In this document: piece after piece, positions 9,843 to 19,698 of the stretch
Layout: each line of letters begins with the position of its first letter
Numbering within the stretch: position 1 is the first letter of the stretch
DNA from: Candidatus Woesearchaeota archaeon
Lineage (GTDB): Archaea; Nanobdellota; Nanobdellia; Woesearchaeales; CAZJJJ01
Length of the DNA: 53,764 nt
Direction of reading: 5' to 3'
NCBI GenBank assembly: GCA_046538795.1
Contig: JBKHIF010000001.1
Location: forward strand, 1-53,764
Translations under genes and position numbers: made by a program
Notes under the pieces: generated by a model
Told to the model about the DNA's origin: nothing
The model's input: the letters and a program-made list of their open reading frames with translations, nothing else
Database searches by the model: none

Positions 9843-10133
9843 ATGGAATGCAGGCACATATTGATAAAGGGAAGAGTTCAGGGAGTAGGATTCAGGGCCA
9901 GCGCAAGCTCAAGAGCAAGATCTCTTGAAATCTATGGGACTGTAGAAAATCTAAACGATGGATCTGTCGAGATATATTGTTGTGGAGATAAAAAAAACTT
10001 AGACCCTTTCATAGATTATCTGAAAAACAATCCTGGATGGAGTTCTGTAAGCGACATAAATATCAACAAGATAAATGATAAAAATAAGGCAGAAAAAATC
10101 CTAAATTCCGGATCATTTAATATTCTTAGATAA
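9843..10133 (+). CDS. acyP: Acylphosphatase
   Basis: Signature GRVQGVGFR and ENLNDGSVE. 96 aa. Confidence 0.9.
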   Translation: MECRHILIKGRVQGVGFRASASSRARSLEIYGTVENLNDGSVEIYCCGDKKNLDPFIDYLKNNPGWSSVSDININKINDKNKAEKILNSGSFNILR

Positions 10134-10979
10134 TTTTCTTTTCTGTCTCTTTGGACCATTATTAATAAGATCGTTAAACCATTTTTTAAGTTGTTGATTC
10201 TTTTTTGCATTATTGACTGAAAATTTAAGCTTTTTAAGACTGTCTTTAAGTTCCTTTTTATCTTTCTTAGAATCATAATTTCCAAATTCATATTCAATCA
10301 CATCAGTATCAGTAATCTCGCCTATGAATGCCCTGTATAATTCAGAACGTATATTTCTTGTAATATACTTGAACACCCCTTCTTTTTCAATACGTCTTAC
10401 AGAAATATTGATGCTTACATTTTCAAGTATCCTGAACTTAGAGATCTTGGAAGCTCTTTTTACCATCTCAAAATCTTCCCCAAGTTTTATGCTTTCATCA
10501 AAACCGCCAAGACGAAAAAACAACCTTCTTGTCATCATCATAAAAGACCCAAGAGAAGATGGTTTTACATATTGCAACGTATGGTTAAAACTATTATATA
10601 GGTCAAAAAGAGCGCTATAGCTTCCATCATCAGAATCAGGGATATAGTCGCAGGTTGTTATCTCAAGATATCTTTTTTGGAACTCTTCGAAAGCTTTTTC
10701 AAGGAAATATTCATCTATAGAAACATCAGCATCAAAAAAAACAAAATAATCTCCTGATGCTGCTTCAGCTCCATTATTTCTTGCAGGACCAGGCATACCT
10801 CCTTTGATGACCTTACATCCAAAAGATTGTGCAATTTCTCGGGTCCTGTCAGTAGAATCTGCATCGGCTACAATGATCTCATAATCCTTAAATGTCTGAT
10901 CTTTTATATTCTGCAATAATCTTGGAAGAAGTTTTTCTTCATTTAATGTAGGTATTATTATTGATATCATGATGATCAT
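10113..10979 (-). CDS. Family 2 glycosyltransferase
   Basis: IIIPTLNEE...DYEIIVADADSTDRT and an FFDAD (DxD) motif. The start is trimmed from the track's 11108 to the ATG at 10979 (MIIMISIIIPT), which sits 2 nt after the gatE stop. The longer form would overlap gatE by 128 nt. Confidence 0.85.
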   Translation of the reverse strand: MIIMISIIIPTLNEEKLLPRLLQNIKDQTFKDYEIIVADADSTDRTREIAQSFGCKVIKGGMPGPARNNGAEAASGDYFVFFDADVSIDEYFLEKAFEEFQKRYLEITTCDYIPDSDDGSYSALFDLYNSFNHTLQYVKPSSLGSFMMMTRRLFFRLGGFDESIKLGEDFEMVKRASKISKFRILENVSINISVRRIEKEGVFKYITRNIRSELYRAFIGEITDTDVIEYEFGNYDSKKDKKELKDSLKKLKFSVNNAKKNQQLKKWFNDLINNGPKRQKRKLSKNIK

Positions 10980-10980
10980 C

Positions 10981-12852
10981 TTATTGATCTTTGATCTTCC
11001 TGATAATTTCAGAAACAACTTTTCCATCAACCTTTCCTTTGAATTCAGCCATGGCTTTTCCCATGAGTGCGCCAAAACTTGCACTCTTGTTCTTTTCTGC
11101 AATATCAATTATCTTATTTTCAATATCTTCTCTGGATATTGGTTTATATTTTGAGAAATCAACAGATTTACCCTTTGCAAGCTCTGAAAGTATATCAAGA
11201 AAAGCATCTTTGGTAATCTCATTTTTTACAAGTTTTTCTAGCAGAACAAATATGTGCTGATATATCTCTTCACTTTCTATCCCGAATCTCTTTTTCAGTT
11301 CTTTTGGTGTTGATATAATGGCTTCTGCAAGGAATATGGGTTTTATTTCAGGAAATATTTTCACAAGATCATCAAATGATACTATGTTATCATCTAGAGA
11401 CACTAAAGAATAATCAAACCTTGCTGCCTGCCTTGCCATCTCACTGCTTAGTTTATACTGATTCTGGAATCTTTTTTCCTTATCTTCTATCATCTCTGGA
11501 ATCTCAATGTTACCAATCAGATAAGAAGTTCTTATAGGAACGCAGTCTGTTTCAGGATACATCCTGGCTGCACCCGGCATGGGCCTCATGAACGTAGACG
11601 AGCCATCAGGATTGGCACGCCTTACCTCTTTTGGAATTCCTTTGAAAAGCTGCTCTGCTCTTTCTATAACAGCATCCAGTGCAATTTCCACCTTGAGCGG
11701 ATCATCTGCAATAAGGATGAAAGAATCACCCTTAGCTAACTTCAGGCTGTTTTTTATCTTTTTTAATTCTGCTTCGCTTATCGAATATTTTGAAAGTTTT
11801 TCATCAGAATGGAAAAGCCCTTTTACACCTGACTTTCGTTTAGCATAATCACTAAGTTCAGTTCCTACACGCTTGTTTGTCTGTATCTCAAATCCAAGCA
11901 GACCTTCAAATCCCTTAAATTTTACAGCCTTAACTATTCCTTTTTTCTTAAGTCCAGAAGATATTATCTTGCAGTTGGTTTTTTCAAATATATTTGAAAT
12001 ATCATGTTTTGTCTTGAGAACAGATGCCTTATTTTTAGAAAGATCATCTTTTAGATCAAGAAGATTTTTCTGCCTTATTACTTCCTGTTCAACCCATGTC
12101 TCGATCATCTTGAGATCCTGTGCTCCCTTAATCTCAACACGATTTCCTCCTGTAATACTTACATTAAGATCCTGCCTAATTGTTCCAAGACCTCTTTTTA
12201 CCTTTCCTGTAGATCGTAGTATCATGCCAATTCTTAAAGCAACATCATGAGCTTCTTTGGGTGTTTTTATATCTGGATCAGTCCCGATCTCTATAAGCGG
12301 AATTCCCAGCCTTGAAAGATTATATACAGATTTATCAGGATCCTGTTCAACAATTTTTCCAGCATCTTCTTCAATTATGATGGTAGGTATACCTATATTT
12401 CCTGATACAGTCTTCAAAGTGCCGTTTCTTCCGACAAGAGCTGTTCTCTGGAAACCTGTGGTATTACTACCATCAACAACAGTCTTTCTCATAACTTGTA
12501 TCTCATCGACAATCTCAGAATCAAGTATCTTTGAAACCTGAAGGACAACCTTTAAAGCATCCTGGTCCATTATCCTTGGAGGTTCTTCATCAAATTCGAT
12601 AGGACATGTCGTATCAGAATATCCATGATAGATTATCTTTTTCGATCTTAGTGATTCATGTGCGGCAGCTGAATCAATCTCGCCTGTCTCACCTACAACT
12701 GCCTTAAGCTTTCTTTCTATGATTACATCAGGATCATCATCTCTTATGATAGAGGGACAATTGCAAAAAAGCTTATGAGTATTCAGTTGCTGATGAATCT
12801 CGAGTCCGCATTTCATTCCAAGTTTTTTATAATCAAGTTTTTCTGTTACCAT
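10981..12852 (-). CDS. gatE: Glutamyl-tRNA(Gln) amidotransferase subunit E (archaeal)
   Basis: MKCGLEIHQQL N-terminus, GatB/E core and a C-terminal YqeY-like tail. 623 aa, directly downstream of gatD. Confidence 0.95.
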   Translation of the reverse strand: MVTEKLDYKKLGMKCGLEIHQQLNTHKLFCNCPSIIRDDDPDVIIERKLKAVVGETGEIDSAAAHESLRSKKIIYHGYSDTTCPIEFDEEPPRIMDQDALKVVLQVSKILDSEIVDEIQVMRKTVVDGSNTTGFQRTALVGRNGTLKTVSGNIGIPTIIIEEDAGKIVEQDPDKSVYNLSRLGIPLIEIGTDPDIKTPKEAHDVALRIGMILRSTGKVKRGLGTIRQDLNVSITGGNRVEIKGAQDLKMIETWVEQEVIRQKNLLDLKDDLSKNKASVLKTKHDISNIFEKTNCKIISSGLKKKGIVKAVKFKGFEGLLGFEIQTNKRVGTELSDYAKRKSGVKGLFHSDEKLSKYSISEAELKKIKNSLKLAKGDSFILIADDPLKVEIALDAVIERAEQLFKGIPKEVRRANPDGSSTFMRPMPGAARMYPETDCVPIRTSYLIGNIEIPEMIEDKEKRFQNQYKLSSEMARQAARFDYSLVSLDDNIVSFDDLVKIFPEIKPIFLAEAIISTPKELKKRFGIESEEIYQHIFVLLEKLVKNEITKDAFLDILSELAKGKSVDFSKYKPISREDIENKIIDIAEKNKSASFGALMGKAMAEFKGKVDGKVVSEIIRKIKDQ

Positions 12853-12854
12853 TT

Positions 12855-14144
12855 TTATGTCAGGAAAGCTCTTGGGTCCTGGTTTCTATTTATCTCTCCT
12901 GAATAATTTGTAAGCATCATTTCTTTTACTTTTTCAGAAGAATTGGTCTTTGAAAGAATCCAGCCAAGTTTAAGATAAGCAACCTCAGGAAGCATGTCTT
13001 CAGCAAAGACAACATCTTTTTCTATAGATAATTTTCTTAAAGGAGAATATACCAAAGGATCAACTCTCCCATACAAGCATTGTGTTGCGACAACAACAGG
13101 GACATTTTCCTTCTTTGCCCGATCCAGCTGTTTCATGATATTCTTTTTGCATGATGTAGGAACATGACCAAGAGCAGTTGCAGCCAAGACAATACCCCTG
13201 TACTCTTTGTCAAGATAATAATCAATAATTCCAGGATCCATTCCAGGATAGATTGTTATAAGGGCTGTCTTTTCTTCAAACGAAGCATCAAGTTCTGGTT
13301 TGCATTTTGATCTTTTAGTATAATTGTCGTGAATATATTCAATCTTATCTTTATTTGGAAATACTTTAGCTATTGGAAACTCATTGATGCTTCTGAATGC
13401 ATCTCTTCTTAAGGAATGCATCTTTCTTACCTTTGTCCCTTTATGGATATAGCAAAAATCATCAGATGATGAACCATGCATCACAAGAAAAACTCCAGCA
13501 CCATCAAATAAAGAAGCTGCCTTTACAGCGCATAGAAGATTCATAAATGCATCGCTTGAACCACGGTCAATTGACCTTTGCGCTGCTGTAAATATTACCG
13601 GCTTGTTTAATTTTTTTAAGAAAAATGATAATATTGCAGTTGAAAAATGAAGAGTATCTGTCCCTTGAGTAATTATTACAGCATCAGAATTCTTTAATTC
13701 CTTGAATGTTTCTTCTGCCATTTTTTTCCAATCACAGGGCAGAAAATCTTCGCTCATGAGAGACATGACTTTTCTTGCTTTTAAGTTGGCATAATCTCTT
13801 AATCTGGGTTCCATCGCAAGAAAATCTTCAGCAGTATAATCGGCGATAACTCCCCCTGTCTTGTAATCAACTTTTGAAGAGATAGTTCCTCCGAAAGAAA
13901 GTATAGAGACAGTTGGAAGCTTTGGATTATCTTTTATTTTTTCTTGTTTAGGTTTTTTAGGAGCAGAATATTTTTGTTCTGTTTTTATTTCAAGAATCTT
14001 TGATTTTTCAATGCCTATGTTATATCCATTTTCAAGTTTAAGGACTACATAATCGCCTTCAAGAATAGGTGGTCTTGGCATCAATGTTCCAAGAAAAGTC
14101 TCGCTTTTGGTCTTGATTCTTACCTTATCCCCTGCATCTGACAT
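12855..14144 (-). CDS. gatD: Glutamyl-tRNA(Gln) amidotransferase subunit D (archaeal)
   Basis: Asparaginase-type motifs SFGGTISS and TQGTDTL. 429 aa, with a 2-nt gap to gatE. Confidence 0.95.
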   Translation of the reverse strand: MSDAGDKVRIKTKSETFLGTLMPRPPILEGDYVVLKLENGYNIGIEKSKILEIKTEQKYSAPKKPKQEKIKDNPKLPTVSILSFGGTISSKVDYKTGGVIADYTAEDFLAMEPRLRDYANLKARKVMSLMSEDFLPCDWKKMAEETFKELKNSDAVIITQGTDTLHFSTAILSFFLKKLNKPVIFTAAQRSIDRGSSDAFMNLLCAVKAASLFDGAGVFLVMHGSSSDDFCYIHKGTKVRKMHSLRRDAFRSINEFPIAKVFPNKDKIEYIHDNYTKRSKCKPELDASFEEKTALITIYPGMDPGIIDYYLDKEYRGIVLAATALGHVPTSCKKNIMKQLDRAKKENVPVVVATQCLYGRVDPLVYSPLRKLSIEKDVVFAEDMLPEVAYLKLGWILSKTNSSEKVKEMMLTNYSGEINRNQDPRAFLT

Positions 14145-14194
14145 AAAGACATCAGAATAGATATGATTATTTAAAGGTTTTGGGTTGGTGAGAA

Positions 14195-15379
14195 TTACTT
14201 TTTTCCAACAACCAATTCGTTGCCATCAAACTTTACAGAAATATCATTAATATCGATTACTCCAATATAAATTTCACCAGGATTTTCAACAACTGCATCT
14301 GAATCAAACAACTCTACTTTCTTTCCTGATTCGATCCCCTGAATAATCTCTTTTGCACGTGGCGCAGATTCTTTAGGACAGATCAGAATTCCATCTTTTG
14401 TAGAAACAATCAAAATATCAGAAACAGAATCAATTTTTATCTTAATTCCATCATAGTTAAATACTGTATTGTTTTCTGAATCAACAAACTCAGCTGAACC
14501 TCGTGTTCGATTTGAATTTTCATCAGGAGAAAGATATTCTTCCAAAGCGATCCATCCGCCCACATCATTCCATTTAAGTTCTTTAGGTGCAGGAACAAGC
14601 AGCATGTTTGAAGCTTCCTTTTCCATGACAGCAAAATCTATTGAAATATTTTCACCTGCTTCTTTAATTTCAGAATAAACACGTTCAATATTTTCTAAGG
14701 ATATATCATCTTTGATTGAAGATAATTTTTCATATATCAAGGGTGCATCTTTTTTTGCTGCATCAAGGAGAGTTTTTATCTTAAATGCAAAAATTCCTGC
14801 ATTCCAATAATAATATCCTAAAGAAAGATATTCTTTCGCTGTCTCAAGATCAGGTTTTTCTTTAAACTCCTGAACATCCAATATGTCAGAAGAACCTGTT
14901 GTCTTGATATAACCATAGCCTGTTTCAGGTCTTGTTGGTTCAATTCCTATTGTAACAATTTTTCCGGAATCTGATGCAGTTAAAGTTGCTTTTAAAAATA
15001 TTTCCCTAAAAACAGAATCATCCATTATATGATCTGCCGGCATGAAAAAAAGAACTTTTTCAGGATCATCATCTTTTGAAAGAGAATAAAAACATCCCAG
15101 GATTATGGCAGCAGCAGTATTGCATCCGAAAGGTTCAGATAAACAATCAATTTTTCTCGAAACATCTTCAGCCTGAGACAGAATCTCATGTTCATATCGT
15201 GTCTCAGGTATTATTGATACAGAAAATTCTTCAGGAACACGCTGTATCGCTTCCTGCAAAAGAGTCTTTTCAGAAACAAGTGCCTGAAACTGCTTTGGAA
15301 GACGACCTTCCTTGGTTAATGATAACGGAGCAAGCCTTGTTCCTGATCCTCCGGCCATTATAAAAACTGAAACGTTCAT
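14195..15379 (-). CDS. Sugar-1-phosphate nucleotidyltransferase (mannose-1-phosphate guanylyltransferase-like)
   Basis: N-terminal AGGSGTRLAPLS motif. The start is placed at the ATG (MNVSVFIMAGG), because the track start at 15388 is a TTG. Confidence 0.8.
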   Translation of the reverse strand: MNVSVFIMAGGSGTRLAPLSLTKEGRLPKQFQALVSEKTLLQEAIQRVPEEFSVSIIPETRYEHEILSQAEDVSRKIDCLSEPFGCNTAAAIILGCFYSLSKDDDPEKVLFFMPADHIMDDSVFREIFLKATLTASDSGKIVTIGIEPTRPETGYGYIKTTGSSDILDVQEFKEKPDLETAKEYLSLGYYYWNAGIFAFKIKTLLDAAKKDAPLIYEKLSSIKDDISLENIERVYSEIKEAGENISIDFAVMEKEASNMLLVPAPKELKWNDVGGWIALEEYLSPDENSNRTRGSAEFVDSENNTVFNYDGIKIKIDSVSDILIVSTKDGILICPKESAPRAKEIIQGIESGKKVELFDSDAVVENPGEIYIGVIDINDISVKFDGNELVVGKK

Positions 15380-15411
15380 AAAAAGCAAAAAATGAGAAAT
15401 AATATATAAAA

Positions 15412-17682
15412 TTAGCCATAATAAGCAGGTTTATCTTTCTTCATCTCATTACTCTTTGCCTTTCTGAACTGCTCATACATGTTCTTATACATCTCCTCAA
15501 TCTCTTTTGATACAGAAGATGTAACCTTCTGAAGAGCAGTCTCAAAATGCTTCATCGTAACAGATTGAGAATTTATGTTTTCCCTTAAAGCAAACACTCC
15601 TGCTTCTTTACAAAGAAGATCAATATCTGCACCGACATAATTCTCAGTCTTATCTGCCAAAACATCCAAATCAACACCTGATAAAGGCATCTTTTTAGTG
15701 CAGACCTTAAGGATCTCAAGTCTTGCCTTCTTGTCAGGAACATCAGTATATATTATACGATCAAACCTTCCGGGACGAAGAAGTGCAGTATCAAGTATAT
15801 CAGGCCTGTTTGTAGAACCTATTATTACAATATGAGCCATTTCCTGCAACCCGTCAATCTCAGTCAATAGCTGGTTTACAACACGCTCTATGACCTTGTT
15901 GTCACCATCTCCGCCTCTTTTCGGAGCAATAGAATCCATCTCATCGAAAAATATTATGCACGGCGAAGTCTGCCTTGCTTTCTCAAATATTTTTCTTACA
16001 GCCTTTTCAGATTCACCAAGCCATTTTGAGAGCATCTCAGGACCCTTTATTACGATAAAGTTTGCATGAGATTCTGTTGCTACAGCTTTGGCTAAAAGAG
16101 TTTTTCCTGTTCCAGGAGGACCATAAAGAAGTATTCCTTTAGGAGGTTTTATTCCAAGTCTCTTGAATGCATCAGGATGTCTCAGCGGCCAGTCAACAGC
16201 TTCTACAAGCTCCTGCTTGACATTTTGAAGTCCTCCCACATCCTGCCAATTGACATTAGGAAGTTCAACCAAGACTTCTCTCATAGCACTTGGCCTTACG
16301 ACTTTTAGCGCTTCAAGAAAATCAGAATGGTTTATCTGAAGCTTATCTAATATTTCCTGAGATATTGTCTCATCTTCCTTAAGATCAAGTTCAGGAAGGA
16401 TCCTTCTTAGAACAGTCATCGCTGCCTCTTTTGAAAGAGATGCAAGATCAGCACCAACAAAACCATGAGTTATGTCAGCAAGTTTTTTGAGTTTTACATC
16501 TTCTGACAACGGCATGTTCCTGGTATGGATCTTAAGTATATTCAGCCGTCCTATCTTATCAGGGACTCCTATTTCAATTTCCCGATCAAATCTTCCAGGC
16601 CTTCTAAGAGCAGGATCAAGCGAATTAGGAATATTAGACGCAGCGATAACAACAACTTTCCCTCTTGATTTAAGTCCATCCATTATCGCAAGAAGCTGCG
16701 CAACAACACGTCTTTCGACCTCACCATGAGATTCTTCACGTTTTACAGCTATAGCATCAATCTCATCTATAAATATTATCGAAGGTGAATTCTTTTCTGC
16801 GTCTTCAAATTTTTTCCTTAAGTTCATCTCTGACTGGCCGTAATACTTGCTCATTATTTCAGGACCGTTTATCAGGATAAAATTAGCATTTGTCTCGTTT
16901 GCAACAGCTTTAGCAAGAAGCGTTTTTCCTGTTCCAGGAGGACCATGAAGAAGAACTCCTTTCGGAGGTTCAATACCTAATCTCTCAAATATTTCAGGAT
17001 GCTTCAAAGGAAGCTCAACCATCTCTCTTACCTTTGTAACTTCCTCACCCAATCCCCCTATGTCTTCATAAGTGACTTCAAGCATTCTCTGTTCTTTTAG
17101 TTCCATAGGTTCTGGATTGAATATGACTTCAGTAAGATCAGTTACAACAACTGCATCTTTAGGTATTGTATCAGCGACAACAAATTTTAGTTCACCAAGA
17201 CCAAAGCTTATAAGGCTGTCATCAAGCATGTTGAATACATCATCAAAGAATGGATTGTGAGAAAGCGTGTTTTTCCGTCTCCTGCTTCCGCCTAAAGAAA
17301 CTATATCTCCTTTAATCATAGCACGACCTAAAAGACCCTGCTTGAAAAGAGTCGGTGATGCTTTTACCATGATTCCCTGGCTCGCAGGAGAAATAATGAC
17401 TTTTTTTGCCTCTTTGACATCGCATTTGGCAATCTCTACAAAATCACCGAGTCCGGCCCTTGTATTCCTTCTTACCAGACCATCCATCCTGATTATATTA
17501 AGACCAATATCACCGGGATAAGCGCGATCTATTATGCCTACGCTTTTTCTTTCGCCCTTGATCTCTACAATATCTCCTGGACGAACATCTATCTCGTGCA
17601 TAAAACTTGAATCTATCCTCACTATGCCCTTATTAACATCATCCTGTATAGCTTCTGCAATCTTTAGTTTGATCGTTTTCAA
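15412..17682 (-). CDS. Cdc48/VCP-type AAA+ ATPase (two AAA domains)
   Basis: N-domain (KGIVRID, VEIKG) plus two GPPGTGKT Walker A modules with second-region-of-homology motifs. The start codon is TTG, and the conserved N-terminus requires it. Confidence 0.95.
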   Translation of the reverse strand: MKTIKLKIAEAIQDDVNKGIVRIDSSFMHEIDVRPGDIVEIKGERKSVGIIDRAYPGDIGLNIIRMDGLVRRNTRAGLGDFVEIAKCDVKEAKKVIISPASQGIMVKASPTLFKQGLLGRAMIKGDIVSLGGSRRRKNTLSHNPFFDDVFNMLDDSLISFGLGELKFVVADTIPKDAVVVTDLTEVIFNPEPMELKEQRMLEVTYEDIGGLGEEVTKVREMVELPLKHPEIFERLGIEPPKGVLLHGPPGTGKTLLAKAVANETNANFILINGPEIMSKYYGQSEMNLRKKFEDAEKNSPSIIFIDEIDAIAVKREESHGEVERRVVAQLLAIMDGLKSRGKVVVIAASNIPNSLDPALRRPGRFDREIEIGVPDKIGRLNILKIHTRNMPLSEDVKLKKLADITHGFVGADLASLSKEAAMTVLRRILPELDLKEDETISQEILDKLQINHSDFLEALKVVRPSAMREVLVELPNVNWQDVGGLQNVKQELVEAVDWPLRHPDAFKRLGIKPPKGILLYGPPGTGKTLLAKAVATESHANFIVIKGPEMLSKWLGESEKAVRKIFEKARQTSPCIIFFDEMDSIAPKRGGDGDNKVIERVVNQLLTEIDGLQEMAHIVIIGSTNRPDILDTALLRPGRFDRIIYTDVPDKKARLEILKVCTKKMPLSGVDLDVLADKTENYVGADIDLLCKEAGVFALRENINSQSVTMKHFETALQKVTSSVSKEIEEMYKNMYEQFRKAKSNEMKKDKPAYYG

Positions 17683-17793
17683 TTAAAACCCTCTCTGTTC
17701 TTGATTATATTACCTAAAAACCCTGCAATTTTGGGGGAGAAAATGAGCTTTATAAACGTTTTGACTAAATTAAAAAAATAAAACAAAAAAGGA

Positions 17794-18240
17794 TCATTCA
17801 GCAGATTTAGCTTCTCCACTATTTCCCTGCTGAGTTTGATTTGAAACTTTAGGAAGTGGTATAGGAGAAGGCAGATTCATTGTCTGGCTAAGAATAAGTG
17901 CCTGCACATTGCACTTATTAAGGATGCCGTTAAGGATTCCTGACATAACCTTCTGATCTATTTTCTTTTCCTTGTTCCATTTTTCGATTATTGCCTTAAT
18001 CTCGCTTTCTGTTGCAACAAACAAGACATCACCTGAAAGATAGATTTCTCCAAGTTCTGGCTCATACTTGCTTGTAAATTCAAACACAAACCTTGCTCCT
18101 TTTTGTTCTGAAGTTCCCAGGGAGAAATTTGCTTCCTCCACTGATTTAATAGAAACATTATTGCTTATGTTGATTTTGCCTTTTATAGCATTTTTCCGTT
18201 CTACATTGATTTTTGTGAAATTGGTTCCAACAATTGTCAT
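17794..18240 (-). CDS. Hypothetical protein
   Basis: 148-aa ORF with coding-like composition and no family recognised. Confidence 0.6.
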   Translation of the reverse strand: MTIVGTNFTKINVERKNAIKGKINISNNVSIKSVEEANFSLGTSEQKGARFVFEFTSKYEPELGEIYLSGDVLFVATESEIKAIIEKWNKEKKIDQKVMSGILNGILNKCNVQALILSQTMNLPSPIPLPKVSNQTQQGNSGEAKSAE

Positions 18241-18311
18241 ATAATCACCTAGTGCCGGGAATTCTACTTTTGTTTATAAATATTTTGATAAATAAAGGAA
18301 AAATTATGTTT

Positions 18312-18923
18312 CTAGTCCCAATCAAGGCCTTTTTTTCCGTGGAAAGGTTCTCCTCTTTTTTCAAACTGCCTAAGATCAAAGAAATCCTTAATTACAGCCT
18401 GGAATCTTGCTGCAAGTATCTCAGTTTGTTGCTTGTGCCAGGAAAACTCTTTTTTTATCGTCCTCAGCCTGAAAGATTTTGTAAATGAATCTAAAATAGT
18501 GCCGCCCGACCATTTTTTATCAGGGTCTAGGACAATATAAGGTGTGATAAAAACATTAATTTCACCATTTTGAAGTTTAACTTTTCTTCCTTCATACATG
18601 ATTTCTGTATTATCTATATGAAGACCTATAAAATCAATATTAAGTTTGTATTGCCACCACGCTGAGACAGGTTTTGCAACTCTCCACCATATGTTGAAAT
18701 CTTTTGCCTGGGTTCCTGGTTTTCTTCGTTCCCAGTAGAAAGTCTCAAAAGAATCTTTTTTATCTCCATTATAGTCTTTGAATCCAAATTCAAGAAGCCA
18801 GTCATGCATCATCTCATAGAGATTTTTGAAATTGAATATGTCTTTGTATATTACAACCAATTGATCGAGTTTTTTTTCCTGATACAATTGACCTTTATCC
18901 AGGTTTTCTCTAAGAGTCATCAA
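18312..18923 (-). CDS. Hypothetical protein (Trp-rich)
   Basis: 203-aa ORF with no family recognised. The antisense ORF 18234..18488 looks spurious. Confidence 0.6.
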   Translation of the reverse strand: MMTLRENLDKGQLYQEKKLDQLVVIYKDIFNFKNLYEMMHDWLLEFGFKDYNGDKKDSFETFYWERRKPGTQAKDFNIWWRVAKPVSAWWQYKLNIDFIGLHIDNTEIMYEGRKVKLQNGEINVFITPYIVLDPDKKWSGGTILDSFTKSFRLRTIKKEFSWHKQQTEILAARFQAVIKDFFDLRQFEKRGEPFHGKKGLDWD

Positions 18924-19013
18924 TAAATCATATAGAATAAGGCTTATTTAAAGCTTATGCTAAAATAACCTAAATAGAATAAGTAATAAAAAAATAAAAA
19001 AAACAGAAATTCT

Positions 19014-19580
19014 TTACTGCTCTTTCTTTTCTTCTTCCTTAGGCTCTTCAGCTGGTTCTTCAACTGGCTCAGAAGGTTCTTCAGAAGGTGCTTCTTCTTC
19101 CTTAGGCTCTTCAGCTGGTTCTTCTACAGGCTCAGAAGGTTCTTCAGAAGGTGCTTCTTCTTCCTTAGGCTCTTCAGCAGGCTCTTCAGCTGGTTCAGAA
19201 GGTTCTTCTGATGGAGTTTCTTCTGCATCTTCTTCACCAAAATCTTCTGTATCTTCCTTTGGTTCTTCTTCAACCTCTTCAGAAGATTCTGGCTGAGACA
19301 TTGCATCCTCTGGCTGTGCTTCTGGAGCAGAGGATTCTTGCGGTGCTCCCTGAGCTTCTCCTACAACTTCTCCAAAGCCCACTTTCTTCAATACTTTAGT
19401 CACTTTGACTCTTACGTGATCGCCCTGCTTTACACTAGGAACAAAGATCACGAAACCGTCTTTCTTGCAAACACCGTCTCCTTTCTCTCCTACTGCCTCG
19501 ACGACAGCATCAAACTCATCTCCTATCTTGACAGGAGCAAATCTTCGAGGTCTGAAACCTCCATCTCTATTTCCATACAT
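19014..19580 (-). CDS. TRAM-domain RNA-binding protein with an acidic repetitive C-terminal tail
   Basis: TRAM core GDEFDAVVEAVGEKGDGVCKKDGFVIFVPSVKQGDHVRVKVTKV, followed by ~110 aa of E/P/S-rich repeats. Confidence 0.85.
   Translation of the reverse strand: MYGNRDGGFRPRRFAPVKIGDEFDAVVEAVGEKGDGVCKKDGFVIFVPSVKQGDHVRVKVTKVLKKVGFGEVVGEAQGAPQESSAPEAQPEDAMSQPESSEEVEEEPKEDTEDFGEEDAEETPSEEPSEPAEEPAEEPKEEEAPSEEPSEPVEEPAEEPKEEEAPSEEPSEPVEEPAEEPKEEEKKEQ
19045..19215 (-). repeat. Tandem 63-nt (21-codon) repeat inside the TRAM gene
   Basis: Units 19045-19107 and 19108-19170 differ at 3 positions. A third, diverged unit starts at 19171. They encode (A)PSEEPSEPVEEPAEEPKEEE. Confidence 0.9.
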
Positions 19581-19698
19581 ACTCTATTTCACCTATCTAA
19601 ACTATTTTTAATGGCTTTCTGATAAAAAGCTAAGAATAAAAAAACAACACTAATTTAAAAAAATTTCCTTTAGAGATGCTTTTTGGAAAAATCAAAGA

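Noticed and set aside
10991-12541. Plus-strand ORFs antisense to gatE (10991..11260, 11579..11848, 11873..12250, 12257..12541). Analogous antisense ORFs lie in the cdc48 gene (16472..16729, 17072..17260, 17267..17521), in radA (19831..20307) and in the RPA-like gene (22593..23881).
   Set aside because: They are Ser/Leu/Phe-rich translations typical of the antisense strand of well-conserved genes. The sense genes are unambiguous.
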